Source of the DNA: Trichoplax adhaerens
Taxonomy: Eukaryota > Animalia > Placozoa
Assembly (NCBI RefSeq): GCF_000150275.1
Contig: NW_002060943.1
Coordinates: 207,980-271,979 of the forward strand
Reading direction: 5' to 3'
Length of the DNA: 64,000 nt
In this document: in pieces, positions 1 to 13,600 of the stretch
Position numbering within the stretch: the stretch's first letter is position 1
How the letters are laid out: every line of letters begins with the position of its first letter
The notes under the pieces: model-generated
What the model was told of the DNA's origin: nothing
Databases searched by the model: none
The model's input: the letters and a program-made list of their open reading frames with translations, nothing else
Position numbers and translations under genes: made by a program

Positions 1-40
1 ACTTGACTTCATCTCATGACAACAGCATTCATGTTACTCT

Positions 41-382
41 TCTCAATCATGTCATGCGAGTAGTAAGTAAAAGACGAGATTAAAAATCAAAAATTTAACG
101 CCTTACTAACTCATTGGGGACAATACCCTGAATATCAATTTGCAATGGAGTTGTTCAACAACGATTGAACCAGAAACTCTTTGCAATCGTTGTTGAATAC
201 TGCCTTGCTACTCTCAATCATGTCGTGCGAGTGGTAAGTAAAAGACGAGATTAAAAATCAAAAATTCAACGCCTTACTAACTCATTGGGGACAATACCCT
301 GAATATCAATTTGCAATGGAGTTGTTCAACAACGATTGAACCAGAAACTCTTTGCAATCGTTGTTGAATACTGCCTTGCTAC
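41..382. repeat. Tandem duplication, 171 bp x2, each copy with a 14-bp-stem hairpin
   Basis: Near-identical copies start at 41 and 212; TTCAACAACGATTG-16nt-CAATCGTTGTTGAA at 154-197 and 325-368. Confidence 0.92.
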
Positions 383-1929
383 ACGACACCACCTACTTCA
401 ACTGGGCTACCAACCATTCCTACAAGGATAACAAGCGATAGTGGAAAAATCATTTGCCAATACTGTAGTCAACCCAAAGTGTCTCTCCTATCTACCGGAT
501 AGAAAGGATTATGAATTCATCCAAAATAATCATAATGGACTACGGTAGCGTCACGATTGATTTCAATATTCACATGCAAGCAATTGCCACCTTTTTAATA
601 CTGCTTGTCTGTCATATCCGCTACCTTTATACAGTATTTTGTAATCGTAAATTGTCACTGATTAGACTTCCATTAAAGTCTCCTTCAAGTTGCCATTATT
701 TCCAATTTTTTTCCCATCCTCCATGAAAAAAAAGTCATCCAATCACCTTGTTGACTCTATGCAATACTCTACTACGCAAGAAACGTCCCCACCGACCACG
801 ATACTGTACGTAGTGCCAACTTGGAAAAATGACATTAGTTCTCTAATTGAAGAAGGAAAAAGTAAATTGTTGCAAAATCACTCATTTACACGATCTATCC
901 TTACTGTCTTGATGACGATGATCGAAAAGTGATTGGGCCCCCCAAAATGTCTTCTTTTTTTTTTTCCATCAAAAATGATTGTATGGCTAATACGAAGATG
1001 CTGTAGTGTGATTGCATCCTTCTCGTCATACTGACTACAGCACCCTTTTGGCTAGCTAGAAAGTTGTATCAATCTTTCCCCATTTTTGATTAATTCAATT
1101 CATTAATATTACTTTTAACAAGCCTCAATTTATTTCTTCAAACTGACTTCTATCCACTTTGACGGTGGATCACCACCAATATTCTAACTTTCTCAACATG
1201 CAAACTTGAAATGTTAAAGAAGGAGCGTCTGGATGGACGCGTTGCGAGGGGTAATTAATCCATTCCAATTCAACTCTACATTTATAATGAAGTCGATAAT
1301 TAAATCGATCATCATCTTAATCACAGTAAACTTTGGATGTTAAAAATTATGCCAGGCATCTTGTCTTTTTCCCGCTATGGTTACCAGGCTTTACCGTCCG
1401 ATTTTAATGTCAATCCTCACTGAAAACCATCGGCTTACTCATCCCTATTGCATATGCTAATATGGCGTATTCTACTTCTTGTCATATTCATTTGCTTTTC
1501 CATGATACAATTTGCCCTCGATCGATGCATTTATTTCCCCTCTATATCCAGACAGGAACCCAACTAGGATTGATACACTGCTGTTGAAAGCCTACTCATG
1601 ACATTGCCTATCAGCGATCGTTTTTCCTCCTATGCATTAGCGTAGAAGGAATAATTTGCTTCTCTCGACACTGGCTATCAATCAGCATAGCCGGCTTGGG
1701 AGATAGGAATGTATCATCACTGTCGTCGTTCTCATCTCTGCACTTACAGTAGTTCAAATCGACTTGATTCATGCATTCTCTGACCAATTCACCATAAGCA
1801 ACGTAGTATCATTCAATCAAGATGGAAAATGTATCCTCAATTCCATTTCGATAGTATTCTATCAGTGTTAAACGACACCATACGACATGATGTCGTGTTG
1901 GCCTTGATCAACCTACGATGGAGTACTAT

Positions 1930-2277
1930 TCAATTTGTTGTTGTTCAAGCAGGCGAATATTCTCAGTCCATTTCGCCGCCGTGATCAACACATGATGTAG
2001 ACCTATCCTCGTATTGAATTTAGTGGTCAAGCCGGCGACTATTCTTAGTCGAATTGGCCGCCGTGATCAACATAGGATGGAGATGTCTTGAACTTGTTAG
2101 TCAAGCAGATGAATATTCTGTGTCCTGAACTTGTTAGTCAAGCACGCGAATATTTTATGCCGGAAACTTGTTAGTTAAGCAGGCGAATATTGTATGTCCG
2201 ATTGACTGCGATCAACACCAATTTGTTAGTCAAGCAGGCGAATTGTAGATGCCTTTGAAATTGGTTTTTCAAGCAGT
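1930..2277. repeat. Degenerate minisatellite, core TTGTTAGTCAAGCAGGCGAATATT, about 7 copies
   Basis: Core variants near 1941, 2021, 2093, 2131, 2168, 2223, 2261 with spacing of about 37-80 bp. Confidence 0.8.
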
Positions 2278-4564
2278 CTACGTCTGCCTAAAATACTCCT
2301 AATTTATTTTCATGGAGAAGGAATAAACTAGTCTTCAATGTCCAACACCATGACAACGAAGTGTCCAATCGATAGGTCGAGACGGTGTCGTTTATACTTT
2401 TGAAACACTTGCCTTAATTCATGTACTCATCAGGCAAACTAGTCATGGCCGCCAGCGTTTTTCCTCCGTTTTAATGCCTATAAAAATGGCCACTACATCA
2501 TTCATTGTAATGTTCACTAGAACCATCTTATCCCTTTTTTTTCCTGACTCAACCATAGCCATAAGAGTCGTCGTTGGACATTTCGCCATGGTACGCATAT
2601 ATCAATATGAGGATTTATTCAAGAAAGATCTTTGCGGCTGTAAAAACTCCCCATACAGCTACAAATTTTCCTTTAGCAATCTCCCTATCGTCATGATAAC
2701 GGATTGACCATGATCGACTAGTGTATTCTACCTTGTTATTGGGGGGGAAATGAATTCTATACTTGAAATTCTGATACAAAATGTCGCCATAGGCTATCAA
2801 ACGGAGCGATCAATGTCGTCGCGCTCGATCGTATTGGAGAGCCATGGAGTAGTACTGTAGTAGTAGTAATTTTAGATCAAGTTTGAGAAGAAATGGAGGA
2901 TAGGAATACACTGTACTATCGTCCGTCATTTGAGAGAAATTTGTCAAGTCTGGATACCAATACGATCAGTCAATACGCCATCAGCAAGCGATATTATTTT
3001 AGGCCGGTAAATAAACAGATCCATTTCAGAATGTTTGCTACATCTTGATTTAATAAGAATCTTATCCAACTGCTAAATCTACTTGAAGAATAGCCATGCC
3101 AACAACTTGATCCATTTTATATTCCTGTACTACCTTTTGATTGCCCCCATAGAAATGATTCATTGACTAGGACGTCGTGATATTCGCTGCAAATTATCCC
3201 TCGTCTCATCATCAATCTGTTACGATTATCTTGTTGATAGACGACCTCAGTAATCTGATTGCCCTCCCATCAGTTCCATTGGAATCCATTTCTTGATGAT
3301 ATGGACACATGCTGTCAACGTTGTAACAACGGAATCGGTGACGATAGGAGAAATGGTTTGCCTGCAGTAAAGTAAAACTCCTTGATCGCCAGTTTCTTGA
3401 TACTAGATTGATTAGACTAAAAACTCTCCATCACCATCCCCCTGTTGGATCCATAGACAAATGGACATGACTTCGTTTATCCAACTGGAAGTCGTCATCA
3501 ATTCTTTTTACCCCTGAAGTTATGCTTGGATGCAGTTTCAATGAGATCCAATTCGATTATTCCCCAAGCATGATCTATAGTAGATGATTGCATTCTGCCC
3601 TACTTATCGTTCCATAAAATAGGAAAAATTGCAGCGAACGCTATCGCAAAATGATGACTTTAAAAACTTTGTTTTATGCTGTTGAAATTATGATCGTTAT
3701 TCATTCTACTCTCATCAAAGAATCAGAAAAATGGATAGGAGAAACCCTTGATCTGCACAGTATATTCCATTCGGGAAAGGACAAACTACCCGACAATTTA
3801 AAAAGCTATACAGTATTTCCTTGAATGAGCCGAGCCGGCTTCCATACTTTTAGTATTCCTGTACTATAAAAATTAGAATAGTCACCGTCAAGAACGTATT
3901 TTAGTAGGCAAGACGATATCGTGTCAAGTATTTGGCTGGCCTTCATAGGCGTTCACATAGGACTAATCATGAAAAATGAAGATAGAATAGCTGTAGTAAT
4001 GTAGTGGTGACATAATATTGTAAGCTAGAAGAAATATGGAAACATGTCTCGTCATTATCCATCAAGAAGCTAAAAATAGTGCGATCCTATACACTGCCTA
4101 CGTTCAGAATACCCCCCCCCCCCCCCATCAAAGCTGGTATACTTGTCAATGGAAAGACAGATATTGCAATCATGGACGATGATCGATACCCTGTCATCAT
4201 TTCATTGACTTTCTAGCTAATTTGAGGTCTTTCCACTGAAGTAGTGCCTAGCAATTGATCGATGTAAAACCACCAATGGAGCTACTTCAATAGAATGAGT
4301 CAACCATGGATTCTATCTTGCTTGCCAGATCATATTTCAATGATTGCAAGCTAACCAACGAATACTCGTATTGATTCCTTGGCCATTTCTACCCATTAGC
4401 AAATTGGAAATTTCGTTACCCACGTATTCACAGTATCCACCGTTGATACGTAGGTTAACAGAATACCCGTAGAAAAGTTGGGCTAGGATGAACTAGTTGC
4501 ATCGATTACTATACTTAGATTAAAAGTGAAATAATACCAATCTCCGACATCAAACCAATTTGTC

Positions 4565-4800
4565 GATGATGGACAACATCCGATGGTATAGCCTTTCAAG
4601 GTAGATGCTGCCTCGATCGACTTTGAAAAGCAATGTCAAATATCAGCCATGATCGCAAAAACTTTGATCGACCTAGACAAGATTATAGATCATGACAACA
4701 TCCAATCGTATAGCCTTTCAAGGTAGATACTATCTCAATCTACTTTGAAAAGCAATATCAAACATCAGTCATGATCATGAAAGCTTTCATCGACCCGTAC
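4565..4800. repeat. Tandem duplication, ~122 bp x2
   Basis: GACAACATCC...GTATAGCCTTTCAAGGTAGAT...CTTTGAAAAGCAAT repeated at ~4572 and ~4694. Confidence 0.85.
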
Positions 4801-7800
4801 AAGGAGAGTTCAGAAATGGACATGATGGGAATCGTGAGTGAAATAGAGTGGTGATAGAATAGGGGATAGACTTAATAATGGTAATAACTTTAGTCTTAAT
4901 GAAAATAATATACCTGTACCAACGCAATTAAATAATCACATTAGAAAACCTCGGGCTATAACGTCATGGATTATAAAGAGTCGATAGAGAAAAAGAAGAT
5001 ATTCTAACCCTAACCCCCCCCCCCCTCCATTTTTAAAAGCGGTTGTCGTTCTTATTGATATTCGTACAGTAATTTTACAGATTAGAGTAAAAATAGCGTT
5101 CAGTCAATGATAGATTGTCAATGGTCTGTACACTTTATCACCAAGACGTGAATAACATGTACTCAATATTTTGTTATGGTGAGAATTCATTTTCTAATCA
5201 AGATTGATGGATACAGTCCTTATCCTTTACCTATATCGGACTAGCCATCAAAATGGCGCCTTGAGAAAGTATCGCCAGTCAACGATAGAAATGTCTTTTC
5301 ATATTGAACTTAATTCTACTACGTCTATAGCGACTGGATTGAATATTTTTATAACTTGATTCGTCTGCTCAATCGGTCATTATTGCAGTAGGAGAGAAGT
5401 AGATACAGTATGATTGCTTGAATCGGTAGCAATAGTTCAACCATTTTATAACCCTTGCAATTGTATCAACAACTTCTACTTTATTGGCTGCAATACAACC
5501 TTTGACCGCTTGAAAATGGCCATTAAATAGATATTGCTGTACCACATGCAAACTATTGATAAATGTTTTCTAATTGACCCAAAACAATGTGACTTAATTG
5601 ATCATCATCAAATAGATTGAATTCTTGACAATCCACTATAAAAATAGACTTTACTTTTTCCTAACGCACAATACTTACCCATGCATCTAATTGGATTGTA
5701 GAAGTTGGAAAAAAAATGCAGCTTCTACACTTATTCCTTTTTCATTTCGTCTACAATAGCAGTTATGTCATTACGGTTGATTTCAATACCATCACTTAAA
5801 GAACGACAAAAGATGGCGATGATAAATGATTGCTTTATTGAACAACTCAATGTCTATTTTAATCAGTAGAGAAAAACGCCTAGAATAGGATTGTATTGAT
5901 CATCACTAGAGTATGTTAGCTAAGCATAGAATCAATCTCGAAGGGTAAAAATGAACATAGTTGACATGGCATGATCGATGAAAGCTGCAACCTATTATCT
6001 GATGGTATTCCTAATGATTTCTTGCTAGTTTCCTTGATCAACTATCCCATTCCGATAGACTATTCCATCAGCCAATTCATTAGCAATAGAAATTGAGTCA
6101 GAAATGTTGCTATAGCATTCTTTTTCGGAAGAATTATTTTATACTTTGTTCATTTTGACAAATGATTCATCATCTACCTCGCCCCAAATGAAAGTACAGC
6201 CATGATTAATAGGACACCGTAATCGTTCAACTTTTGACAAAGACTACTCCAATCTTCCTCATTGAGTAGTCCATAACCTTGACAAGGATTTCATTGACTG
6301 TATTACAATTTTGAACAATCAATATCGGAGATGACGTTAACCTTGTCAACATGGACAATCTATTCTCCATATCCAAATTTAATCATCATGATAGACTAGA
6401 GGAACGATGTAACCAAGTTGACAGCAGGAACAGGAGTATCAAGGTTATGGATACTTTTACAAATGGATAGGAATGACAATGATAATTTATTATCATAACG
6501 TTATTTTGGTTGAAGTATTTTTCCTTAATCATCTCTATCCATAATCTATCTATTATGACCTTGATAGAAAAAAAAATAGTACTATTGTACGTCCATACAA
6601 TTTCGATCATTCTCTACTTTGGTCTACAAGTGAGTAGAATAGACTAGTTCATTATGGATCCATTTTAAAAATGGATTCTTTTTCCCCCTACCATAGTTAT
6701 CCATAGAGCAAGAATCGCTAATAATATATTCTATAGCGTTGATGATCATTGTCATTGCAACAACTAAACTCGTCGTCCCCCCCCCCCCATCATATCAAAT
6801 TATTTTACTATAGCGATAGGATGATATAGAAAAATTTCATGTTAGAGTGGCGAGAACCTTGGGTATACAGTATAGTAACTTAGACTTTTAAGTGAATATT
6901 AAAATATCTGGTAATACACTTGTACCTGTTATAACTTATTCGTCTTGACCAAGCTTGCTACATGTTATTAGCAATCCGTCGTATTGATTGTCATCACTAT
7001 TGACATAGACACTAAATTAATGAAAGACGGGATGGGATGGCTTGTAGAATAGTAATTCATCAAGCTACTGTACTAGCAAAAAATCGAAAATTTTTTTTTC
7101 CATACAATCGATCAGAGCAACCACTTTTATAGTCAAATTTGAAAATTTTCCCTTCGTCATCAGTAGATGATTGTGGTCAAGCTAAGCTTTATAGGATATC
7201 TATCGACAGCATAGTACTTATTTCGATTAATGTGTCCAAGCATAAATCGGTATGCAATCGATTGATTTGTAATGGAGACCGACCCAATCTTTTCCAATCC
7301 ATTTGGTAGGGATAATATAGAAATAATATCCATTGGAAAACACCCTGCCTTCATTGCACAACCGTTGAAAACTTCTTAGGCATGTCAAATCCATTGCAAT
7401 AGAATGGCTATCAGTAATACATCATCGATATACTGTAGTAGTATTCTATTTGCATAGAATATCCACCAATAGCGTCCATGATGGACATATTAAAATATTA
7501 ATGACACTATAAGTTAGTACTGGACCGAATTCCAATGATCAATAAATAGAAAGCTTAATAACAAATAACACTTGAACAAACGTAAAATTAAGACGATTCC
7601 ATTGCGCGATGACAAGGATATCATTGACAGACAACAGCTATTGTATCCGCCATTGCTGTTATTGACTCTAGTTAAAATAGGAATCAATCAATCATTTTTT
7701 AAAGCCGATCGCTAGAGTAATTACTTTTGCAATAAATTTCAAACGTCAACATTTTGGATCTATCTTGAACTACAATCAATCCTCTGACTATAGATTATAA

Positions 7801-7956
7801 TAAATATTTTTATTCATCAAGAGAGTATCACGAATAATCGTTCTATCTTGATGCATTTAAATGCTATTTCTACTTTTACATTCAAAGAAATGAGTCCATT
7901 ATCCATCTGATTCTATTGTCTTCAAACTGACATTCATAACTATTTAAATCAATAAA

Positions 7957-9052
7957 AATGTTCAATTGACATTGACTACCTTAAAGTAGTTATAATATCT
8001 TGACTAGAATAGCAGATAGAATCGAAGCTAATTTTTTTTTTCACTTTCGATATCAAAGCTGTAACTTGTTGTATTAAACTAAATTAGTTAGGATAAGCGT
8101 GAAATAAAATAAGAAAAGCGATTTTACAAAGTAGTGGTAGTGTAATATTCTCTCCCAATATCTATACCTAGCATCGATATTGGAACATGAAGATACTTTC
8201 ATCAACTTGGGTAACAAATTCATTTTACAGTACAGCGGTATTCCAATGTACTACATCGACATGCTTACAGTCGATAGGGAGAATAAATCAACTAAATTGA
8301 ATAGAAATGAACAGTTTTGTGTAGAATGTTCAATTGGCATAGGACTACCGTAAAGTAGTCATATCTTGACTAGAATAGCAGATAGAATAGAAGCTAATTT
8401 TTTTTTCACTTACGATATCAAAGCTAGAACTTATTCTATTAAATTAAATTAGTTAGGATAAGCGTGAAATGAGATTAGAAAAGCGATTTTACAAAGTAGT
8501 GGTAGTGTAATATTCTCTCCCAATATCTATACCTAGCATCGATATTGGAACATGAAGATACTTTCATCAACTTGGGTAACAAATTCATTTTACAGTACAG
8601 CGGTATTCCAATGTACTACATCGACATGCTTACAGTCGATAGGGAGAATAAATCAACAAAATTGAATAGAAATGAACAGTTTTGTGTAGAATGTTCAATT
8701 GGCATAGGACTACCGTAAAGTAGTCATATCTTGACTAGAATAGCAGATAGAATAGAAGCTAATTTTTTTTTCACTTACGATATCAAAGCTAGAACTTATT
8801 CTATTAAATTAAATTAGTTAGGATAAGCGTGAAATGAGATTAGAAAAGCGATTTTACAAAGTAGTGGTAGTGTAATATTCTCTCCAATATCTATACCTAG
8901 CATCGATATTGGAACATGAAGATACTTTCATCAACTTGGGTAACAAATTCATTTTACAGTACAGCGGTATTCCAATGTATTACATCGACATGCTTACAGT
9001 CGATAGGGAGAATAAATCAACTAAATTGAATAGAAATGAACAGTTTTGTGTA
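7957..9052. repeat. Tandem repeat, ~365 bp x3, high identity
   Basis: Units begin AATGTTCAATTG at ~7957, ~8325, ~8690; copies 2 and 3 are almost identical. Confidence 0.95.
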
Positions 9053-9469
9053 GGTTGAGCATTTCAAAATGAAGTGATACTAGTACAACACATACATAAC
9101 TTGTTAAGCTACGTATACCGAAAGAGTAAATTTGGCCTACTGTATTTCTTAATATACCTAGAATGAATTGGCTATGAAGGTAAAAAAACGAAATCAATTT
9201 TATTTTATTTTTTTTTTTTTGCTGTCTATTCTAAACTACCAAATTTCACCTAGTTAATACAATAGACCAAAAGGTACAATTTTTTACAGATCACAAACCA
9301 TACAAAGAAAGGGGTAGCCAACGATAAATGAATTCTAGGTACCAAAAAAAATGAAATAACTCTCTAAACTAGTGCTCAATGGTAGTAGTCGGTCAAAGAA
9401 CGACAATTAATAATTGAATATCAAACTAAATATTTTGGATTTGAAGGCATCATCACTCAAATTTAAGCC

Positions 9470-9850
9470 AACCTTGACAGTTGATAACTACCATTTTTAA
9501 CCATTGACTATATATCAAAGAATGAAATAGATTAGTAACTGCGATGTATTCATTTTTAGCTTAAAACAACCCTCCTACTGTATTTAACACTTATGGACTT
9601 GACAGTGGATAACTATCATTTTATTTTTCAGCATTTATTATATTCAAGAATGAAACATTAATAGCTGTAAGCTATGCAGGCATGGATCAATTTTAACTTT
9701 AAAACAACCTCTTCTTTCTGATTTAAACACCTATTCACTGGATCATTGATAACTATTACTTCATGCTTGAGCATCCATTCTATTGAAGAATGAAACATAT
9801 TAATAACTGTAAACTAAAGAGATATGTATTCATTTTTATTTTAAAATGAC
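9470..9850. repeat. Degenerate ~130 bp repeat x3
   Basis: GATAACTA...AAGAATGAAA...TTAAAACAACC recurs three times. Confidence 0.7.
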
Positions 9851-10615
9851 TCTCGTCTTTGTAATTGAAATACAAGCGTACTTTTGATCAATTCAAAGAT
9901 ATTGTGAAGACATAGATTGAATTTAAAATAACTATCTTACTACTGCTTAATAGAAGTCATTCTCCTATGAAGTAATTGGGGTGGAACGATAATACATAAA
10001 AAAACGCTTGACTATACAAAATAACCCCGTCCTCAGAAATAGAAATGAGTAGTTGTATCAATAGAAGTATGATCATGTATTGATTGATTTAATTTTTAAG
10101 GCCTAGCTCTCATTATTCTCTGTTCCTTATTTACTTACAATATGTATGTATCATCAAATATAGATAAAGCGATAAACGGTAGATATTGTATGTGATAAGG
10201 TCATAAATAGAACTAGCAGAAGATTAGGGTGCGATTAATTTGCACTTAAAAATTCATCAATTGCATACACTATACATCTACCCTTAATACCTTTTGAGGA
10301 CTATCAATCACCGTAGATAAGAACAAATTGAGATTATTATCGATGGAAAATATAAACTAGTAATGGACTTGATAAATTTTTTAATAAAGATGTACAGTAC
10401 AGTATATTCTCCTCTAGCATAATAATTTTATAGTTTATATTATTGTAAACGGAAAATATAAAACTAGTGATTCACTTGACAAATTTCCTCTAACGATACA
10501 TCTTAGACGTTAATACATTGATTTTATATCGTTATGTTATACTTGAAAATAACCAATTTTTTAATCATTTTGCACTACACTGTTAAGCTAATATTGTTTC
10601 TATAATTAATATTAG

Positions 10616-13600
10616 ACGAAATGGTACCCGAAGACCTACGATAATTCCATTCGAGCCTCCAGAACTATCGATACAAAATAGTGAAAAGCAGCTAAAACCA
10701 TGCAATCCAGGAGTATTTATACTACATATGGTCAACCGACAGATATATCTTAGCTACAAGTATGTAAAAAGTGAATTATATAGTTATACAATTCTATTTC
10801 ATCAGCTATAATGTTAAATTGACGTTATTAGCTATACTTTAACTCAATTAATAATTCAACCAGTATGATGTAACAATGTTGCTTATAATGTCAATATAGA
10901 TCAGCTGAAAGGGAAATTAGCCATGCGCCAATATCGGTCACCGCAGAAGGTTATAACCTGAACAAGAAAAATTATACCGATATTAAAATGCTAATAGAAT
11001 TTCATAGCAAACACCCTATCAATGGCACCTTACTATCGATACAGGTAAATTGAAATAACTTGAAAAGTTAACATATAAACTGTATATTTAGCCATAGCTG
11101 TTACCTCATAATTTCGTTTTTATAATGTACGATATATATGTATACTTAATTGATACGAAATATAGCAACAACCTGAATGCAACATTCCTGTTTGGAACGC
11201 TCCTGACATCAACCCTCAAGCAAAGAGTAAGCATCATCATCAATTAATGATTGGTAACGCGTTTGATGATATTCGCAAGAATGGACGCATCATTAAAATT
11301 TTAGTCAGTGCATCTCACACTGGTTAGTAATATGAATAAATCATTTTTAGTACAATTGTAGTTTTTATCGATCATCGGTAGATGCATTTATTTCGTTATT
11401 TTAATACTTGTTCAATCAATCATACATACGTATATTCATTGTAGACTTCAATCAAGAGAGACAGATGTTATTAGAACGAGTCTTTCCGAAAATACGACTA
11501 CATTGTTTTGAGCATGGATATGATTTTCAAGCTATTGATGTAACCTGGGGTATTAAAAGCCTTATATTAGATGAGCACAATATTACTCGATTGACGTTAG
11601 ATTTGCTACGTTACTGCCAAGAGCAATCCGTTGGGCCTAACTTTATCGTAAGTCATACAATTATGTTATAAAAGATTATTAAAAAAAATTACTGCTGTGT
11701 AAAACGTTTTGACATTTTAAAATCATAAATATGAAACGTATTCGATATTTTTAGACCTTAGTGGGTGACAGATATGGTTATCGTCCACTGCCAACTAAAA
11801 TTTTCGATAAAGAATTTAAGCAGATGTTAGCAGCTATTGAAAATCAGGAGCATAGGAAATTTTTTACCGAGTGGTTTGTGTTAGATGAAAATTCTGTTCC
11901 TGCGACGCATGTATTACAGCCAATTAGTTCAGTATACCGTGATTTTAACTCAACAAGTAGCAATGCACGCAAGGCTGCCGAGGGAAATTGGCAGAAAGCA
12001 TTCAATAGATTGCAAGATATTTTATATTCAAGTCTGAAAGGAATATCTGACGAAAAAGCAAGACCGAAATATTTGCTATCTGGTCAGTATTTCAATATAT
12101 ATAGAGAGAGAGATAATGACGTACGTCTTGCTCTCCTTTTACAATTATAGACTTACATAATTGGTATTATCTTACATAAATGACCATCCGTTAGGTCCAT
12201 TAACAAATAATCTTTTTCTCATTTCCACAGAAACCCATATGATCGCTCAGGAAGCCATATTGCGATCAGATAATCCTAACTTTAATTGTATCTTAATGCG
12301 TAGAAATATTACAGATATTAAAAAATTCGTTGGCAATGATTCTAAAATAAGTGATTACTTAGATGTTAACCCTGAATCTGGCGTTATCGATAGCCACGCT
12401 CAAGATTTGTTGTCAACACTTATTGATAACTACATTCCTTCTAGACTACACCATACCAATATATTGAGTTATGATGTAAAGTGGAAAGCTAATGTTGGAA
12501 TCGACAAGAACAAATCAACAGATCATTCCAAGTATATGAATGGACTATGTACTGACGTTACGGAAAAGTTAACATCCTTAGTTGATCAAGCGATCCAAAC
12601 GCATTCTTCGCTAAACTTTAATGATGATGATCTCTATGAAGAAGTTAATCACCATACTGCGCTGTGTTTAACAAAATTTAATGAATTTCATGGATGCGAA
12701 GATCTCTTACAAGCTATCGAACGTTATGTACGAAGTAATAGCAAGCAACCTCTTGTATTATTAGGTCCCTCAGGATGTGGCAAAACATCATTAATATCTG
12801 CAGCTACTAGAGAATGCAAAAAATGGCTAGGATCATCTGGCTGTGTTGTTGTACGCTATTGCGGTACATCACCTGAATCTGGTAATATAAGATTACTGCT
12901 AAGAAGCGTATGTCAACAATTTCGAAAAATTTATAACGGTGACCCAGCTACTACACCAGAGGTAAACCTATCAACATAACTCTTTTATTCTATCATAATT
13001 TACAACGTATCACTTGAGTAGTCCGTAATTATAACTTCCTTAACTATGCAGACTTATAAAGAACTAAGGGACGACCTAATGAAACGGTTAAAAATGGCTA
13101 CCACCTTTTTTCCGCAAGTTCTTATAATTGATGGTTTAGATCAATTATCAGATGATGATAATGCACACGAAATACAATGGTTACCGAAGACATTACCGGA
13201 GTACGTTAAAGTTATCCTATCAGTGAGATCAGACTCATCTAGTCCTGCTTTACGAAGTTTAAGGGTAAATTTCATTCACTGTGATTTATGTAATTATTCT
13301 TGCTCAAAATTTTTCTATTCAAAAAATTTTCCACAATCTTGATGTTTTAATAAATATACTCTTGATGTTGACCGTTTACACAGACAATATACGCAAGTGA
13401 ATCAAACTTTCTAGAAGTACCCCCTATGTCAGAATCTGAAGCCAGCATCGTTTTTGATATATGGATGAATACCAAAGCACGACGCCAAGTTGGTAGTGAT
13501 CAAATAAATGCGATTATGCGTACTTTCTCCAAATGTCCTAAACCACTTTTTCTCAAGTTAATTTACGAAAGATCATGTAAATGGCATTCATATTCTAAAG

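Noticed and set aside
1930-2277. CRISPR-like repeat/spacer appearance
   Set aside because: Eukaryotic context, degenerate repeats, irregular and mutually related spacers, no cas genes.
5005-5017. Telomere-like CTAACCCTAACCC
   Set aside because: Only two units; expected by chance.
10044-10100. Alternative start exon MSSCINR (ATG near 10044) for the NACHT gene
   Set aside because: Would need a ~35-nt intron, far shorter than any other intron in this window.
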